Below are positions 47,421 through 59,425 of a DNA stretch of 64,000 bases, piece after piece. Numbering within the stretch: the first letter of the stretch is position 1; every line of letters starts with the position of its first letter. The stretch is from Bilabrum cf. latius. Taxonomy: Eukaryota. The notes beneath the pieces are model-generated. The model saw only the letters and a list, made by a program, of their open reading frames with translations. It did not search any database and was not told where the DNA came from. The stretch is taken from assembly GCA_965178125.1 (NCBI GenBank), contig OZ237754.1, forward strand, positions 434,001 to 498,000, given 5' to 3'. A program made the position numbers and the translations under genes.

Positions 47421-50400
47421 TCACTCGTCTTCGTGCCCAAGCGCCAAGGATCCGTCGAGCGCGAACACGGCGGTCCCCTTGGTACCTCGCACGAACGGAG
47501 CGCGCCAGCCAGCAAGCACGGCCCCGGACCCAGCCGCCCTCCGTCGCGCGACCGCCTTGGCAATGCTGCTAGCGTGTGATCGCGGCGTGCTCTTGTTGGC
47601 ACTCCTCCCCTTGGACTCCTTGGAGGACCGGGCAACGGAAGAGCTGCCCGCCTCCCCTCCCCCCTGCCTTCCTCCCCCCTCGGTGGCACCGGCGTCCTAA
47701 TCGCCAGAGTCGCTCTCGCTCCCGCTCTCGCGAGGGGCCTCCCATGATGCACGGGAGGAGGAATCACCATCGTCCCCGCTCGAACCGCTGCTCTACCCCT
47801 GCCTAGACTTATCGGCGTCAACTCCGCTGCTTCCTCCTCGCTCGTCACCATCGCTGTCGCTCTCCACTGGGCTGTCTGCAACCACCATGACCCGCCTGTG
47901 GCAGTACCTTAGGTCTTCCGCGGTGAAGGAGCCCATGGCGCGCACGCCGCTCGTGCTCAGGCTCACAGTAGGGAACAAATCTGTTCCCCGGGGAACAACG
48001 AAAGGACCGGACACGCCAATCACCCTGCCATTCACGGAAAACGTGAGCTGGCATGCCTCATTCTCAGGCAGCGACTCCATGCCGCGAGGGGTGTGCCCGC
48101 CCCCATGCGTACCAGCAGAACCGCTGCTGGAAGACACTCCATCGTCCCAGTGCTGTTGCTGCTGGCGCTGCTGGCGCTGCTGGCGCTGCTGGGGGTTTCC
48201 ATACTGACCGCTGCTATGCAGCCCGGGCTAGCCTCCAGCATTCCAAGCGGCACCATCTGCAGGCAGCCAGCGTACCAGAACGCCGACTGTGTCGCCCACA
48301 GAGTAGCCCTTCCCGGCCATCGGAAGGCTCAGCCACTGCCCACCGCTGACGAGGTGTCCAGAGGAAGACAAGCCGATCGAGCTGCTCACTGCACCCACTT
48401 GCCCGCTCAGTGGTGCCATCGCACCCGACAGACCCACAGCTGCGCGGATGCACGCCGGGGGGCTGCCACTAGGCCTGGGCAGCGCGGCCGTCCTGCCGTC
48501 TCGCAGCCGTCCCCGCAAACGAGCGACCCGTGAGGCCCCGATGACGACCGGTCGGGGCCCGTGCCTCGGGCGCAGCAGAGAGCCATCGCTGCCAGAGGCC
48601 TCAGTAATATTCGCGGGCGAACTAGCTCCCGAGTACGTCCCGTGCATGCCGCTCCCGTCGTCTGCGGATCCTTTGCGGCTGGTGGGGTGCTCCAGGAGCC
48701 TGGACTGGCTGCCTGCCCTGTCAGGGTGCAAGAGCCCAGGGGACGACCTACGGCTGCTGCTCGGCTGGGCAGCATGAGCAGCAGCAGCAGCGCTCTTGCC
48801 ATCGTACCCCAAGCTTGAGTCTGAGCGCCAGGCGGCTCTCAACATGCCTGCCTGCGCAGCTCGGTCTGAGTCATCGCCGGCGATGTACTTGTGGATCGCA
48901 TGCAGCCGTTCCTGATCTGACGTGCTTGTGAGCTGCCCGTCATCGCCATCCAAGGAGAGGCCGTGCTGAGGATCTGCCTATTCCGCCCCGGCGATAGGTG
49001 CGCCGTATGGCTGCTACTCGGCAGCCGGCGGAGATCCACCCGCAGGGCGGTTGGCATCGTCCGTGGGTATAGCAAGGCTGATGCCGCTGGCCACGGAGCT
49101 GCTGGAGGGAAAGTGGGCGCCCGGTCCCTGGGTCCAATGCCCACTGGACTGCTGCTGGACCTAGTGCAACGGCAGCCTAGGAACTGGGAATCCCCCCGAC
49201 TTGATCGACGGTCGACGATCATTGCTTGCGTTGTGCCCGTCAGCGCTAATTCCAGCCCCGGTAGCATGGGCGTGCGAAGCATCTGCACGGACGTCCTCCC
49301 TTTCGAGGTGCTTCAGGTACTTGCGGACCGCCCGGCGACTGTGCCTGGTGACCCCATCCGGGGCGTACTGAAAGGTGACCTCGAAATAGGATAGGCCCCT
49401 GGACGCGGCCCGGTAGTGAGGCACGGACAGGGCGGCCCTCGCAGACCGGAAGGAGCCGGGCCTCAGCTTTGCTACGGCGTGTCCGCCGCACAGGAGCTGC
49501 AGGTCGGGATGACTGTCTTGCGGCGAGAAGATTGCCATGCGCATCAGATGTCTGGTTGTGGCCTCCCATTTCTGAGCTTCGCTCAGCTGCTCGGCAGACT
49601 GCAAAGAGTCCGTGTCGGCACCGCCCTGCGAGTCAGCCTGGGCCTGCCAGTACGGCACGTCCCCGATCTGCTTCTCGAATGTTGCTGCACCACCTTCCAT
49701 TGCTACGACATCCTCCGATACGCTGCCCAACCTCTCTCTATCTACCCTGATGGGTGGACCCGGCGTGATGTGATGGGAGCGGACTCGATGCTCCTGCGCC
49801 GCAGCAGCAAGATCAATCAGCTCCAAGATGTTGCTGGCGCGCACGTCCATCGGAACCAGGGGCTGGAACCTCCTGGAGTTCGTGCCGGACCCCCGCCGGA
49901 ACCTCGAGACGATGCCCCCTTCTCGGGAACCGGCGACAGATGGGGGGCCTGACCGCCCACCGGTCTTGCTCTCATGCTCCCGCATGCGGCTGGCCACCTC
50001 CGCAGGCTCTCCGCGACGGCGGCCCGTGGCCAGCAGAGCGTCCTTTGTGCGAGGGTGCAGCGTTGACATCTTGTAGAGGTGCTGCACCGTCAGCGGCTCT
50101 CGAATGGCGGCCTGCCGCCTGGCGTGCTGCAGCTCGTGCAGTTTCTGCCTCCGCTTCTCCTCCGCCTCCTGCAGCTTGGCTAGATGTTCCCCAAACTGGG
50201 TCCTTGGTGACACTGTCGCTGAAGCCGGCAGGGATCCGTGGTGGCCCGCACCCATGCCCGCGGTGGGATAGCTGTCCTTCTCTTCACCTTCTTGTTCACG
50301 TGAACTCACGCCCACCTGATCGGGCGTGGTGCCTGCACCGATGAGTGCGCGCTCGCGGTGGTGCTGGCTACCCTCTTCCCCCACTCCAAGCAGACTTGCA

Positions 50401-53400
50401 CTGCGCTCGCTGCCCGTGGCACTGGCTGACTGATTTGTCTTGCACTCTGCTGCATAACCAAGATCGCTGCGTGCCCCTCCTCGCTCGGTGAGCTGCAAGC
50501 GAGCACCCGACATTGGGCCCTATCCAGACCGGTGCGCATTGGCTTGGACCGCAAACCGTACGACGGGCCTAGGCTTCGCTGCGTCTGCCTTCATCCGTTT
50601 CTCAGCCGCAACACTGATAGAATCGGGCATGGCTTCATCATCGCCGTGCACGGATCGCGGGGCAAGCATCTGCTGCGCATGGCGAGGCAGCGGGTGAAGC
50701 GGCCTGGCATCGGCCTTCTGCGACGAACCTGTCAAAGAGGCAGCGTACCCAGCCCGATCTAGGTCCGCATCTCCGGCCGCAGCGGCCGAGGATCCGTCGG
50801 CCTCTGCCGGCAGCAAGGCCGAAGACACAGCGGAGTGCCCTCCGTTCATATCTCCGCTCGGGGTCAGCAGAATTGACGGAGGCGCATTGCCTGCTTCTCG
50901 GTTTGGTCGCAATCGAACTTGCATTCCCAATGCAGATCGCCCAGCGTCAGAATGCTGCAGCAGGTAGCTGGAGGCGTCTCCGTCCTCCGTGGCTGTCCCT
51001 GATGCAACTGCATTCTGGGCAGCAGCCTGCGCAGCAGCGAGCAGATTCTGCCTGGACTAGATTTGCTGCGACTGAAGCACCGCAGATGATCGAGGCAAAC
51101 CGCCATTTGCGTCTTGCCCGGCCTCCTACAGCCCGCTACTGCTGGCATCATCGGTGCATTCGCTGTGCTTCGCCTCGCCGGGGGACCGAGCCGCGCTCCC
51201 GCCCTGCAGCTCAAAAGGCTGCTGTGTTGGAGCCATGGATGGAAACGAGAAGTCCGATCCGCCGCTCGCCCCGAGAAGCAGCGGGTCGCTGCGAGCCTAC
51301 GGTATCCTGCCCGATGGCACTGCCGCCGTGACGGGATCCGCAACACCAGGTTGGCTCTCATCAGCACTGTCAATGCCGGATTCAGAATGTGGATCCACAA
51401 CACCAGGTTGGCTCTCATCAGCACTGTCAATGCCAGCTTCAGTGTGTGGTCGCTGTGGCAAATGCTAACTCTGCTACTCTTCTTGCCGTGGGTCAGACTG
51501 CGAGCGTTCGTTCTGGTCGGCTGACTGAGGAGAAGAACCATCCTTGCTGCAGGTCACCTGAAGCCTGGAGTACGGCGCGCTCAGGGGCGTGTCCGGTGCA
51601 GCGCGAGACTCCTCATCCCTAGCCCCACGGTCTCTTCCCTTCGCCGCGATTTTGGCAGGCGTCTGCTTTACCTGCTGCACCTGAGCCTTCAACGGCTATT
51701 GTTCGCCGTAGTTTGCATCTGTTGTGGCTGAATTTCCTCTGGCATGCTGCTTCGCAGTATCCCGGTCTGCTGATCCACCTTGTGAACCAATCATGTACTT
51801 GCGCAGCCCAGGCGGATAAGGCTCCGAGTCGGATGTTTTTCTCAGCTTCGTGCGGCGGTTGCGGCCCTGCATGCACTTGGGCAGCGGGTTGGCTTCGGCC
51901 CTGACGATGTCTCTGGCCTTGAAGACGAGGTTCTCGGTGAACATAGCCAGCCGCGCGTGCACCTCGGCGCTCTGGCGAGGCGAGCCCGGGAAGCTCTGCG
52001 GTGACACAGGGCGCTGCGACACCTCGGAGTCGTAATCTTTAAGTCGCGCTTGCACTCCCGCAGCCACTTCACTTGGTACGTCAAGCGCTGCACCCATACC
52101 TCCATGCACCAAGCCAGCTAGCGGAGCGTGATCAAACAGTTCAGCGTCGACAGCCCCGCAATCCAGCCTTCTGGACAGGCTTGTGTTCCCTGGAGGGATT
52201 ACCACGATGGTCTCAGTGAGCTGAGTTGGGACAACCCTGTGCATGAGAGCCTGGGCGCGTCTTGCGGCTCGGTTCGCAGCAGAGGGCGAGCTCCCTTGGA
52301 TCGTTTGCTCGATCCCGATGCCGCACGGCATGGTGACAGGGGTTGTAAATCCAGCCGTTAGATGCAGTATCGCCCCAACATCATGCTGATCCGCTGCGCT
52401 GCGCGCTTCCTAGCCGGTCTTGCCCTGCTGACCTGCCTGCCTTGACGTCCCAGTGGCAACTTCGCGGGACTGCATCGGATCTATCGTGCCCTGGAGTTGG
52501 CTGGCCACACGGCCAAACGCTTGCGTAGCAGTAGCAGCAGCAGCACTATTGCGCTCCACTCGGTCCTCAGACTCGTCAGTTGCTTGCGATGCAGAGTGAG
52601 AGGTGCTCTGCAAGCCAGACAGCGACGCAGGCTGCGAGGCTCCTGACGCGCTGCTGGAAGGCCCGCTCCTGCTACTGCTCCTGGGCTCGCTGTGAGGCCC
52701 TGTATTGCGTGCGGGTGGCACGCCCAGGGAGGCATCTGACGGGCCCAGAACCGAAGATTCCAGAGATGACAGGTGTTCGGGGACAGCGGATCTTCCGCTT
52801 GCAGAGTACACGGGAAGATCCGCCCGGGTGCGGGCCTTGGCACCTGCGCCGTGCAGCTGCGATCCCTCCGTAACGTCGACGACTCCCGTGGCGTCAGCAT
52901 CGAGCTGCGCACATCGATCAAACCCGTCCAACTGCAGCACCCCACTTCCGCTGCCCGCAGTCCTCGCGCGGCCTCGGCCTGCGCGACCAGCTTGATCATC
53001 GCCGTGATTCCCTGCCCGCTAGTCGACGCTTCGGATCCGCCTACCCAGAGCGAAGGGTGCGTACTCTGGCATCGAGAGGGCAGTCTCGTTGGCTGAGGAT
53101 CGGCTGGCTCTGCTGGCTCTGCCTGCACCGGCAGCATCGTAGCGGGTGCTGCCTGTGTCAGCGATGCGCAGCCTGGACTGCAGGTCGCCCCCATGCTGCA
53201 GCATGCCCCGATGGCCGTACGTTTGGGACAGAGCTGTGGGTGCCGCAAGAGCCAGCATGCTGCCCGCAGCTGGCGGTAGAAGAGGACCCTTAGCAGACAG
53301 CGTCTCGATAGCCGCTTCCGCCCTGCGTAAATCGGCAAGCGCCCCGGCTCGCAGCTGCATCAGGGCTCGGATCTCCTCGTCGTGCTGCTCCTGCTCCTGC

Positions 53401-55112
53401 TCTTGCTGCTGCTACCGCTGCTGAAAGGCGTGCTAGGACCATGCTCCACTATCGCCCGCGTGGCCGCGACCGGCCGCCGCGATCTGTTTCGCTCGAGCAG
53501 CAGCAGCCAGTGCCACACGCCTGGCTGACGAGTGCACAACGGCATCACTGCGCGACCGTCGCCTCTGCTGCTGAGGCGACTGAGCGTGTCGGGGCGGGGG
53601 CGGGGGCGGAGGCGGCACTCCGCGCTGGTGCGATGGGCTGGAAAGGGCCTACTCAGACACGCCACGGGTGGCTAGATTGCTGAGACCCGGCACAGAGCTG
53701 ACTCGCAAAATCCCGCGGCCTCTCCCTGGTCGCTGCGGTCGCCGAAGCAAGCTGTGAGGCGCCTCGTGGTTTCCTGGCTCCTGAGGAGAATCGCAATTAG
53801 CTAGTGCCGAGCCAAGCTCCGCATGCTAGAATGTAGCTGTAGCTACGGCTTCAACGGCAGAGTCATGCGGGCCGCTGTTCCCATTCAGTACGGTGCCTGC
53901 GCGTGCAGGCGGTTCCACCGGCACCTGGCTGGCATCCGCAGGGGCTTCTCGGTGGGCTGGATCGCTGTTTCCGGAGCTTTCACCACGCACCGCAAGGCTC
54001 CCTTCCTGCGCCTACTAATTTCTATCGTCAGCGCAGCCTTGCTCCTGTGGCGCCGGGGCTTCGTCCCTGTCAAGCTCTCTGAGGCCAGCCAGAACGTCGC
54101 CGTCCAGGAGTTGCTCGTCCACCCCGAGATCACGCAAAACTCGCTGGATCTCCGCAGTTGCACCGGCACTGCCACCATCCGCACCGAATGAACCCTGCGA
54201 TACTTTTCTTATTCGTTCTACCGCCTCTGAATCAGTGTGGTCTTGTCTGTCTCTCGTGCTGCCTTGCCTAGTCGACGAAAGCTTTGTGGGCGATGGCGAG
54301 GCAGACTAGCGCCCGCTTCTCGCACCAAGATTGGAAGTGTTGCCGTCTGCTCCAGGGATTCCAGAGCACTCTCCGTTTTCAATGCTGGCCGCGATAACTC
54401 CGAGGTAGGGCATCGACGTCAGCAACCTTTGGCGGCCTTGCTCGCGGTCATGCCTGCTATCAGCGTCACTGTTCGTGCTATTCTAATCTAAATCATCCGA
54501 AAATGCGCTAGATCTCGTATCACTAGCTCCTGAGGTTCCAGTAAACTGCGACTCGCTGCGAGCTCCACCAGTCGATCGACTCATACCAGTGCTCACAGTA
54601 CCGGTAGTGCCGTTTCGATACCGGCGGCGTCTCTATAATTGTCTGGCTTGTCGTAGTGCCCGGCGGACGGCCCCTTTGCCCCAGTCTAGACGGCTAGCTG
54701 TTCGATCGGGCTCTTGGGTTCCTGAAGCGGACTTCTCAGATTTGGCACGCGCGTTCGCTGCCTTCACAATGGCAGCCGCAGCCGCTGCTGCAGCCGCAGC
54801 CTATCTACTGGGAGTATATGAACCAGATGCTGGCCTGGCCCGGCTGGCTTCTGACCCAGGACTGGAAATTGCTGCAAACGAAGTCGGCAGTGCCGGTGGC
54901 CTCGCCAAGCCAGAACCCGTAGCTGTTGCAGAGCTACCTTGCCTACTTGCGGTTCCGTTTTCCTCAGATGCATTGGAAACATCCGGTAGCCCTGCACCGC
55001 CTAACTACGAATATACTGTCGCTGCTCCAGGCACTCGTAGCAGCCAAGCGACGGCACTATCCCATCCACTGCGAGATCTGTGCCCCCCGCGATCATCTCC
55101 CTCTCCATCCAT
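47421..55112 (-). CDS. Very large (2563 aa) mostly low-complexity protein with a C-terminal SPRY domain split by insertions; about 26 TAGs
   Basis: ORF-track pieces 55005, 53433, 53019, 52410, 51696, 51474, 50520, 49161, 48228 and 47793 are one frame with only TAG interruptions from ATG 55112 to TGA 47421. SPRY motifs: FRSARAALSVP..SYFEVTF, AAVGLS..GQVG..SIGLSSSG..GYSVGDTVGVLV and LTFSVNG..LFPTVSL. Confidence 0.86.
51334..51447. repeat. In-frame 57-bp tandem duplication (GIDSADESQPGV[V/A]DP) inside the SPRY protein gene
   Basis: GGATCC(G/A)CAACACCAGGTTGGCTCTCATCAGCACTGTCAATGCC at 51334 and 51391. Confidence 0.9.
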
Positions 55113-55353
55113 TGCAGTTTTGTATGAAAGAATGGGCGACCCAACGATGCGTCGGAGCCTGGGGCTGTATGAGCTGGTGAATGCTGCGAAGAAACCGATC
55201 GCGCAGCGACTGGCGGGTTCCGCAAACCAGTGGCTCTCTCTCTGATGATGGCATGCGCATATCAATCCTAAACTTTACAATCTTATAACTGACTCATAGC
55301 TCATTGCATCCAAACGAGTCATAGTCACGCCAACCACCTTCGCTCGCCTGAAA

Positions 55354-58300
55354 TCAAGACGCCTGCTGCAGTAGCTCAGCCTTGCGAGCAACCGGCAGGA
55401 GCAGTCTGGAGGCCTCCTTCATCGCGCGCAATCCTCCACTTTCCACCTCTCCGCCTGCAGCATCATGACTCGCGGGAATGGGAATCACGATAGCGTCGTA
55501 CCCTGCCGCTCGGATGGCTTGCTGCCACCCCGCTGCCCACCTCGGGGGCACCCACCGCAGATCTGACCCACTTGCATGCTGTGAATCCATCGCGGGCTCG
55601 CTTGCATCCTTCTCGCTGACTTCAATCTCTCTCTCACCGGGATGGCTGCTCTTACCTGCGCCCACATCCTGACCGAAGGACCTCACATGCACACCAAACA
55701 TGGGGTCGTCTGCCTGCTCAAGTGCCTTCGACTGCCCGTCGATTGAAGTCTCTCTCACCCATGTCCCCGCAGACGCTGGACACGTCCTCACAACGACTCT
55801 CAAGCCGGGCCACCCGGCCACGGTGCCGAAGTCCAGCTTCATGTCGCTTTCGATACGACTTGCTCGCGCTCTGTCCTCCTCACCAGCCCCATGCCCCTGC
55901 CTCCTAGCATGGGCATGCTTTCGGACATCAGAATCCAAAGTGGCCTATGCCATCGAAAGCCTCGAGTTGCCATTGCTACCGATTAATGGGCCGCCCTCCA
56001 CAGACCCGAGTGCAGCAGACGAGCCCATCTCATCTCCTTCACCCCAAGCACCGCCCAGCTCCGCCTCCAGACTCAAGTCCACCAGCACTCTCCCCTGAAT
56101 AGTCCAAGCGCTGACGAAGGAATTGCGAAGCTCATGCAGGCCAGCACGGCAATCCTAAGCATCGTGCGCTGAATCACCGCGCACACCAGACGCACTGCCA
56201 ATGAACGCCTCAAGCAGCGAGGGAACATCGTCCGGCAAGCCAGGACTGTCTAATCCGCTTTCGGAAGGACTACGAGCCAAATCTTCTGACCTAGTCTCCA
56301 AACTTCGTCGGTCCGGCCTCTCCGACCACTGGTCAAACCAAAACGCATCGCCAGAAGGAGTGGGTACGTCGGATCCATCTGAAGCTCCGCGCGTACCAAA
56401 GGCTGCCCCGGGCCTCGTTGGTAGGTGCAGCAGCCGCATTGGCGACCTTGCAGATCGCCACTGCTGGCTGACCCTCATCTCAAGCCCAGCAAGCCTATCC
56501 TGCGCGTTGCCACCCGGTACTGCCATGCTCCAATCTGTGTCGCCGAGCTGGCTATCATCAAGGCCGCCCCAGCCATCTTCTGTACCTGCCTCCAAATGAG
56601 AGTGCAGGCCGGTCTCGCCGACAGCCTCGTGTCCGTGGCTGGACCTGGCGCTAGACTCACCCTTCCGCCTAGCTATTTCCTGCGCGAACGGAAGATCCAG
56701 CGGCAGAACATCGCAGAGAGTCGGGACCGGCCCTTCTGCGGGAAGCTGCTACTGCAGGCATGCCGCTGCCACCGCAAGATACTCGTCGAGCGCGTTGCAC
56801 ATCTACCCGGTTCCGCTTGACCCTACCTGCTGGGTACATGCCTCGACGGCCGCACCGACTGCCGCCCTGTCCCCAGAGGAAGATTGCAAATCGCGTCGGC
56901 TGCTAAGCAGCTCCTGCCCTGCCCTCATGACCGCTTCGTCCACAAGCCGAAGGCGACCCGGACTCAGAGCTCCAGCCCAGTAGAGAACCGCGGCTGATCG
57001 CAGAATTGACACGATGACATCGATCGAGGAGTCATGCGAGCCTGCGGTGTCGTCGCGACTGGATGCGATGGAGCTGGTGCTCCCAACTCCAGTCGGCACA
57101 GTGCTGCCCGCTACACCGACGGCATCGGCGCACCATGCATCCATCACCGATACTGCCCTCTTGACGCGGGCGCGGACGGACGAGTCAGCTTCGTCTGTGT
57201 TACCAGCTACCGCAATCGCAAGGAGGCACTGCTTGATTCTGTCCTGCTCCTGCTCTTGCTCTTGTTCTTGCTATTCATGGCTACTGACGCCAGCAGTGGA
57301 ATGCTGCCTGGATGACTGCTGGCCAAAGGGAGCCACCTCCCGCCGGAAGAGACCTGGTGGTTTCGGCAACAGCGCCATCTGAATGAAATGTGAAGCCTCC
57401 GGTGGAGCTTGTCTACCCAAAGCCACGAGTGTGAGCATCGTGACCGCCAGTTCCTTCCTGTATGCATCGGAAGCGCCAGCTACTGTTCGCCCACTTGCGC
57501 TAGCACCGCCCAGCTATGCTTCGCTGCCTCCTCCGAAGCGCCTGAGCAATAATACAGTCAAGTCGCAACCAGAGTGCGATAGCCGGGCCCCTGTCGTAGA
57601 CGCACGCAGCACATGCAGCAACGATGTATCAGTAGCAGCGGTATCAGGGGTGAGAGCGACGGCTGCATCGAGCAACGCCTGGTGTGCTGCCAGCCGATTG
57701 CTCAGGCTTGCGTCTATCCAGCCAAGTGGAATGTCACCACCACTCGAATCTCCGTTCTGCAATTCAAAAGCATCTAGTAGGCCCACGCAAGCTGCAGACT
57801 CAGCACCTTGCGCGAGCAAGGCTGCCAGAACACCGGCGTCCTTGCCAGCTGCTAGCCTTTCCGATGCAATGCGGCCTTGCATCGAAGCAACAAATCGCAC
57901 TAGCTGTCTCGCCGTCGCAAGCAGTGCTCGCAGCCTGCTCGCTCCGGGTTGCTACAGCACCAGCCGTAGCCCAATCGGACTACTGCCGCCAGTTGCGTCG
58001 GTCCAAGAGTCGTGATCGCCAGAGAAGAACTGCTGCTCGACGTGCCTTGCTCTGGAGACCAGCACATCGGCAACTGATTTTGCCAGAGCTCGGGTGCCAA
58101 TGAGACACGCAGACGCGGCTGCTAGCTGCTCAACCTCCAGCGAGGGCGCGCTGTCATTCGCAATGCCATCGATCTATGGCTCATCAGTCGAGCTGACCGG
58201 TTCATCTACCACAACCTCGCTGTCGGGAGTCGCATCGCAGGAGGAGCCGAAATTTCCTCGAATCTACATGCACTGCTCGGAAAGAACCAACAATACATCG

Positions 58301-59220
58301 GTCGCATTGCGAAGAGGCAAGGTCAGGGCAGTCTTCATGGCTAGGCTGCCTTCACTGCCAGCAACTCTAGCCTCTATATCATCTTCAAAGCGCGTACGGC
58401 CTTGTTTTGTTGCATGCAAGTGGTGCATAGCCTCTTCGGCCGCAGCTTCGGACAGAGACGCTGCCAAAGTCACTCCGCCACACAGCGCCTCGAGCCCTGC
58501 ATTGCGCTCCGCACGATTGCGCGATTCCAGTGCGAGGCGAAGCAGCTGGCCGTGCCCATGGAGGACCACAGAAAGACCGTCAAGAACCACCGCAGCTTGC
58601 GACATTTCATTGCTTCTGGCATTGCCACGTGGTCGAGTCCGAGACAGAAAAGATGACAGCACAGCAGTAAGCGTGCCAGGCGTTCGTACCGATCCAGAGT
58701 TTGAATCAAAAGTCGCAATATTGTACGGGCACAAATCTACTGCAATTCTGGGAACGACTGATCCTATGAACAAAGCCGCGGCGGTACGCTTTTCATCTTG
58801 CTGCGAATGGCCGCACAGGTCCTAGTCTACTTGGCACACCCCTGCTGCCCAGCCTCGCACGGCTCTAGCATCGGCAAAGCTTAGGTCTCGCCGGATCCCA
58901 CACCGCACCACACTAGCGTCGCTACTCTTCAAGATGACAAAGGATGCACGCACCATTGCGCGGAGTACAGCAGCTGAATCAGTAGCCTGCCCGCTTTGCA
59001 GCGCTTTTGCAGCCTATAGAAGCATATGCACAGCAGGAGACCCCTCTTGTGGCTGCATGCTTTGTACATGTTGATGTATCGACCGCCCGAATGGCCACAA
59101 AATCAACCGTGGCTGGCAACAATTGGCCTGCAGAGACTATTCAGCGAGCCACAGCCTTGTCATCCTCAAGCAAGACAGTGGACCCCTGGCCTTCTTGACC
59201 AACGCCACGCGAATCATCAT
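55354..59220 (-). CDS. Hypothetical 1288-aa helical protein, probably mitochondrial, with RAP-like C-terminus; about 12 TAGs
   Basis: ORF pieces 58264, 57514, 56803, 56155 and 55354 are one frame joined by TAGs. Basic N-terminus MMIRVALVKKARGPLSCLRMTRLW; C-terminal GRVLVDLSL..FGVHVRSFG..QQAIRAAGYDAIVIP resembles a RAP domain (weak call); TGA stop. Confidence 0.8.
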
Positions 59221-59425
59221 TACAAAAATGGGTTTGAATGAGACCAGTTGCACATTCGAAAAGCGAGATGTGGGCTCATTTCTGCTGCCAGTGGTATCGA
59301 TTCCGGTTCAAAATGTACGTCCATTGAATTTCGTAGCACACACCATTCACTTGTGCTAAGTCTCCGGTGGAAGCAGGCAAATCGAGTTCGAAGTACTTTT
59401 GTAGTGGATTTAAGAGCATATAAGC

